Assembly (NCBI GenBank): GCA_025201805.1
Contig: MU619258.1
Location: forward strand, 1 to 64,000
Origin: Parasitella parasitica NRRL 2501
Taxonomy: Eukaryota > Fungi > Mucoromycota
Reading direction: 5' to 3'
DNA length: 64,000 bases
In this document: piece after piece, positions 63,465 to 64,000 of the stretch
How the letters are laid out: every line of letters starts with the position of its first letter
Position numbering within the stretch: position 1 is the stretch's first letter
Notes under the pieces: generated by a model
Told to the model about the DNA's origin: nothing
What the model saw: only the letters and a program-made list of their open reading frames with translations
Database searches by the model: none
Position numbers and translations under genes: made by a program

Positions 63465-64000
63465 TCAAGTCATACCTTATTCAATCTGTAAATAACATTG
63501 TACGCTGTACATAGAATATCACTTCATCATTTTCTTGATATATAAAAACACATGCAATACACCAAAATTCACTTTGATTTATTTGCAGTTGGATGCTTCT
63601 AATCGAGATGTGATACTTGCGCATACTTTTTATGTTTATACCAACGAAAAAAAAGCTAATAAACAAGTACACATTGTTATACAAAAACAAAAGTTGGCTA
63701 TAGACCACGGCCTGTTTCGATATTGGTATATCAATTATAAATTTGAAAGCTGCTTTTCTATTTTGTGCAACTTGTAAATCATTATCCCGATCAAGAAAAA
63801 GGGTTTAGACTTGTCTGCTGTTTTCCGAAGATTTCGTGCCGTTTGAGCATGCATATGACACACTCAATAGTAAGCTTACAACCTTGGCATACAAGTGTAT
63901 ACATTTGAATATTTTCTGCCCATCTTGTATGACATATAAGCAGTAAGGTCTAACGTATGTCTTGGTTTTGCTTGATATGCTTCTCTTATTTATGGTGGCT

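Overview
Eukaryotic, intron-containing fungal DNA. The gene set, short AT-rich introns and protein sequences suggest an early-diverging fungus, probably Mucorales (inference). There are two scaffold gaps (5031-5630, 45253-45552). Bases ~1-9750 are a nest of transposable-element relics. Its centre is a chimera on the minus strand: Ty3/gypsy gag, a truncated aspartic protease, then, in frame and in contiguous sequence, a non-retroviral +ssRNA virus copy (Martellivirales, virga-like). The viral copy has a putative 5' UTR, a methyltransferase, a linker and an RdRP up to motif B, but no helicase, which recalls RNA1 of segmented vivivirus-like mycoviruses. It was later split by a solo LTR with a perfect 5-bp TSD, oriented antisense to the virus. 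From ~11.4 kb onward the window is ordinary housekeeping genes: formin, small GPI protein, S8 protease, myosin V, cyclin, IML2/TTC39, adenylate cyclase, OSR1/SPAK-like kinase, Med22, MDL1/ABCB10, kelch protein, nitronate monooxygenase, PP2C, FCF1 and an amino-acid transporter. A Tc1/mariner-like relic and a dispersed ~240-bp repeat also occur. All alignments were done by eye and no database searches were run.
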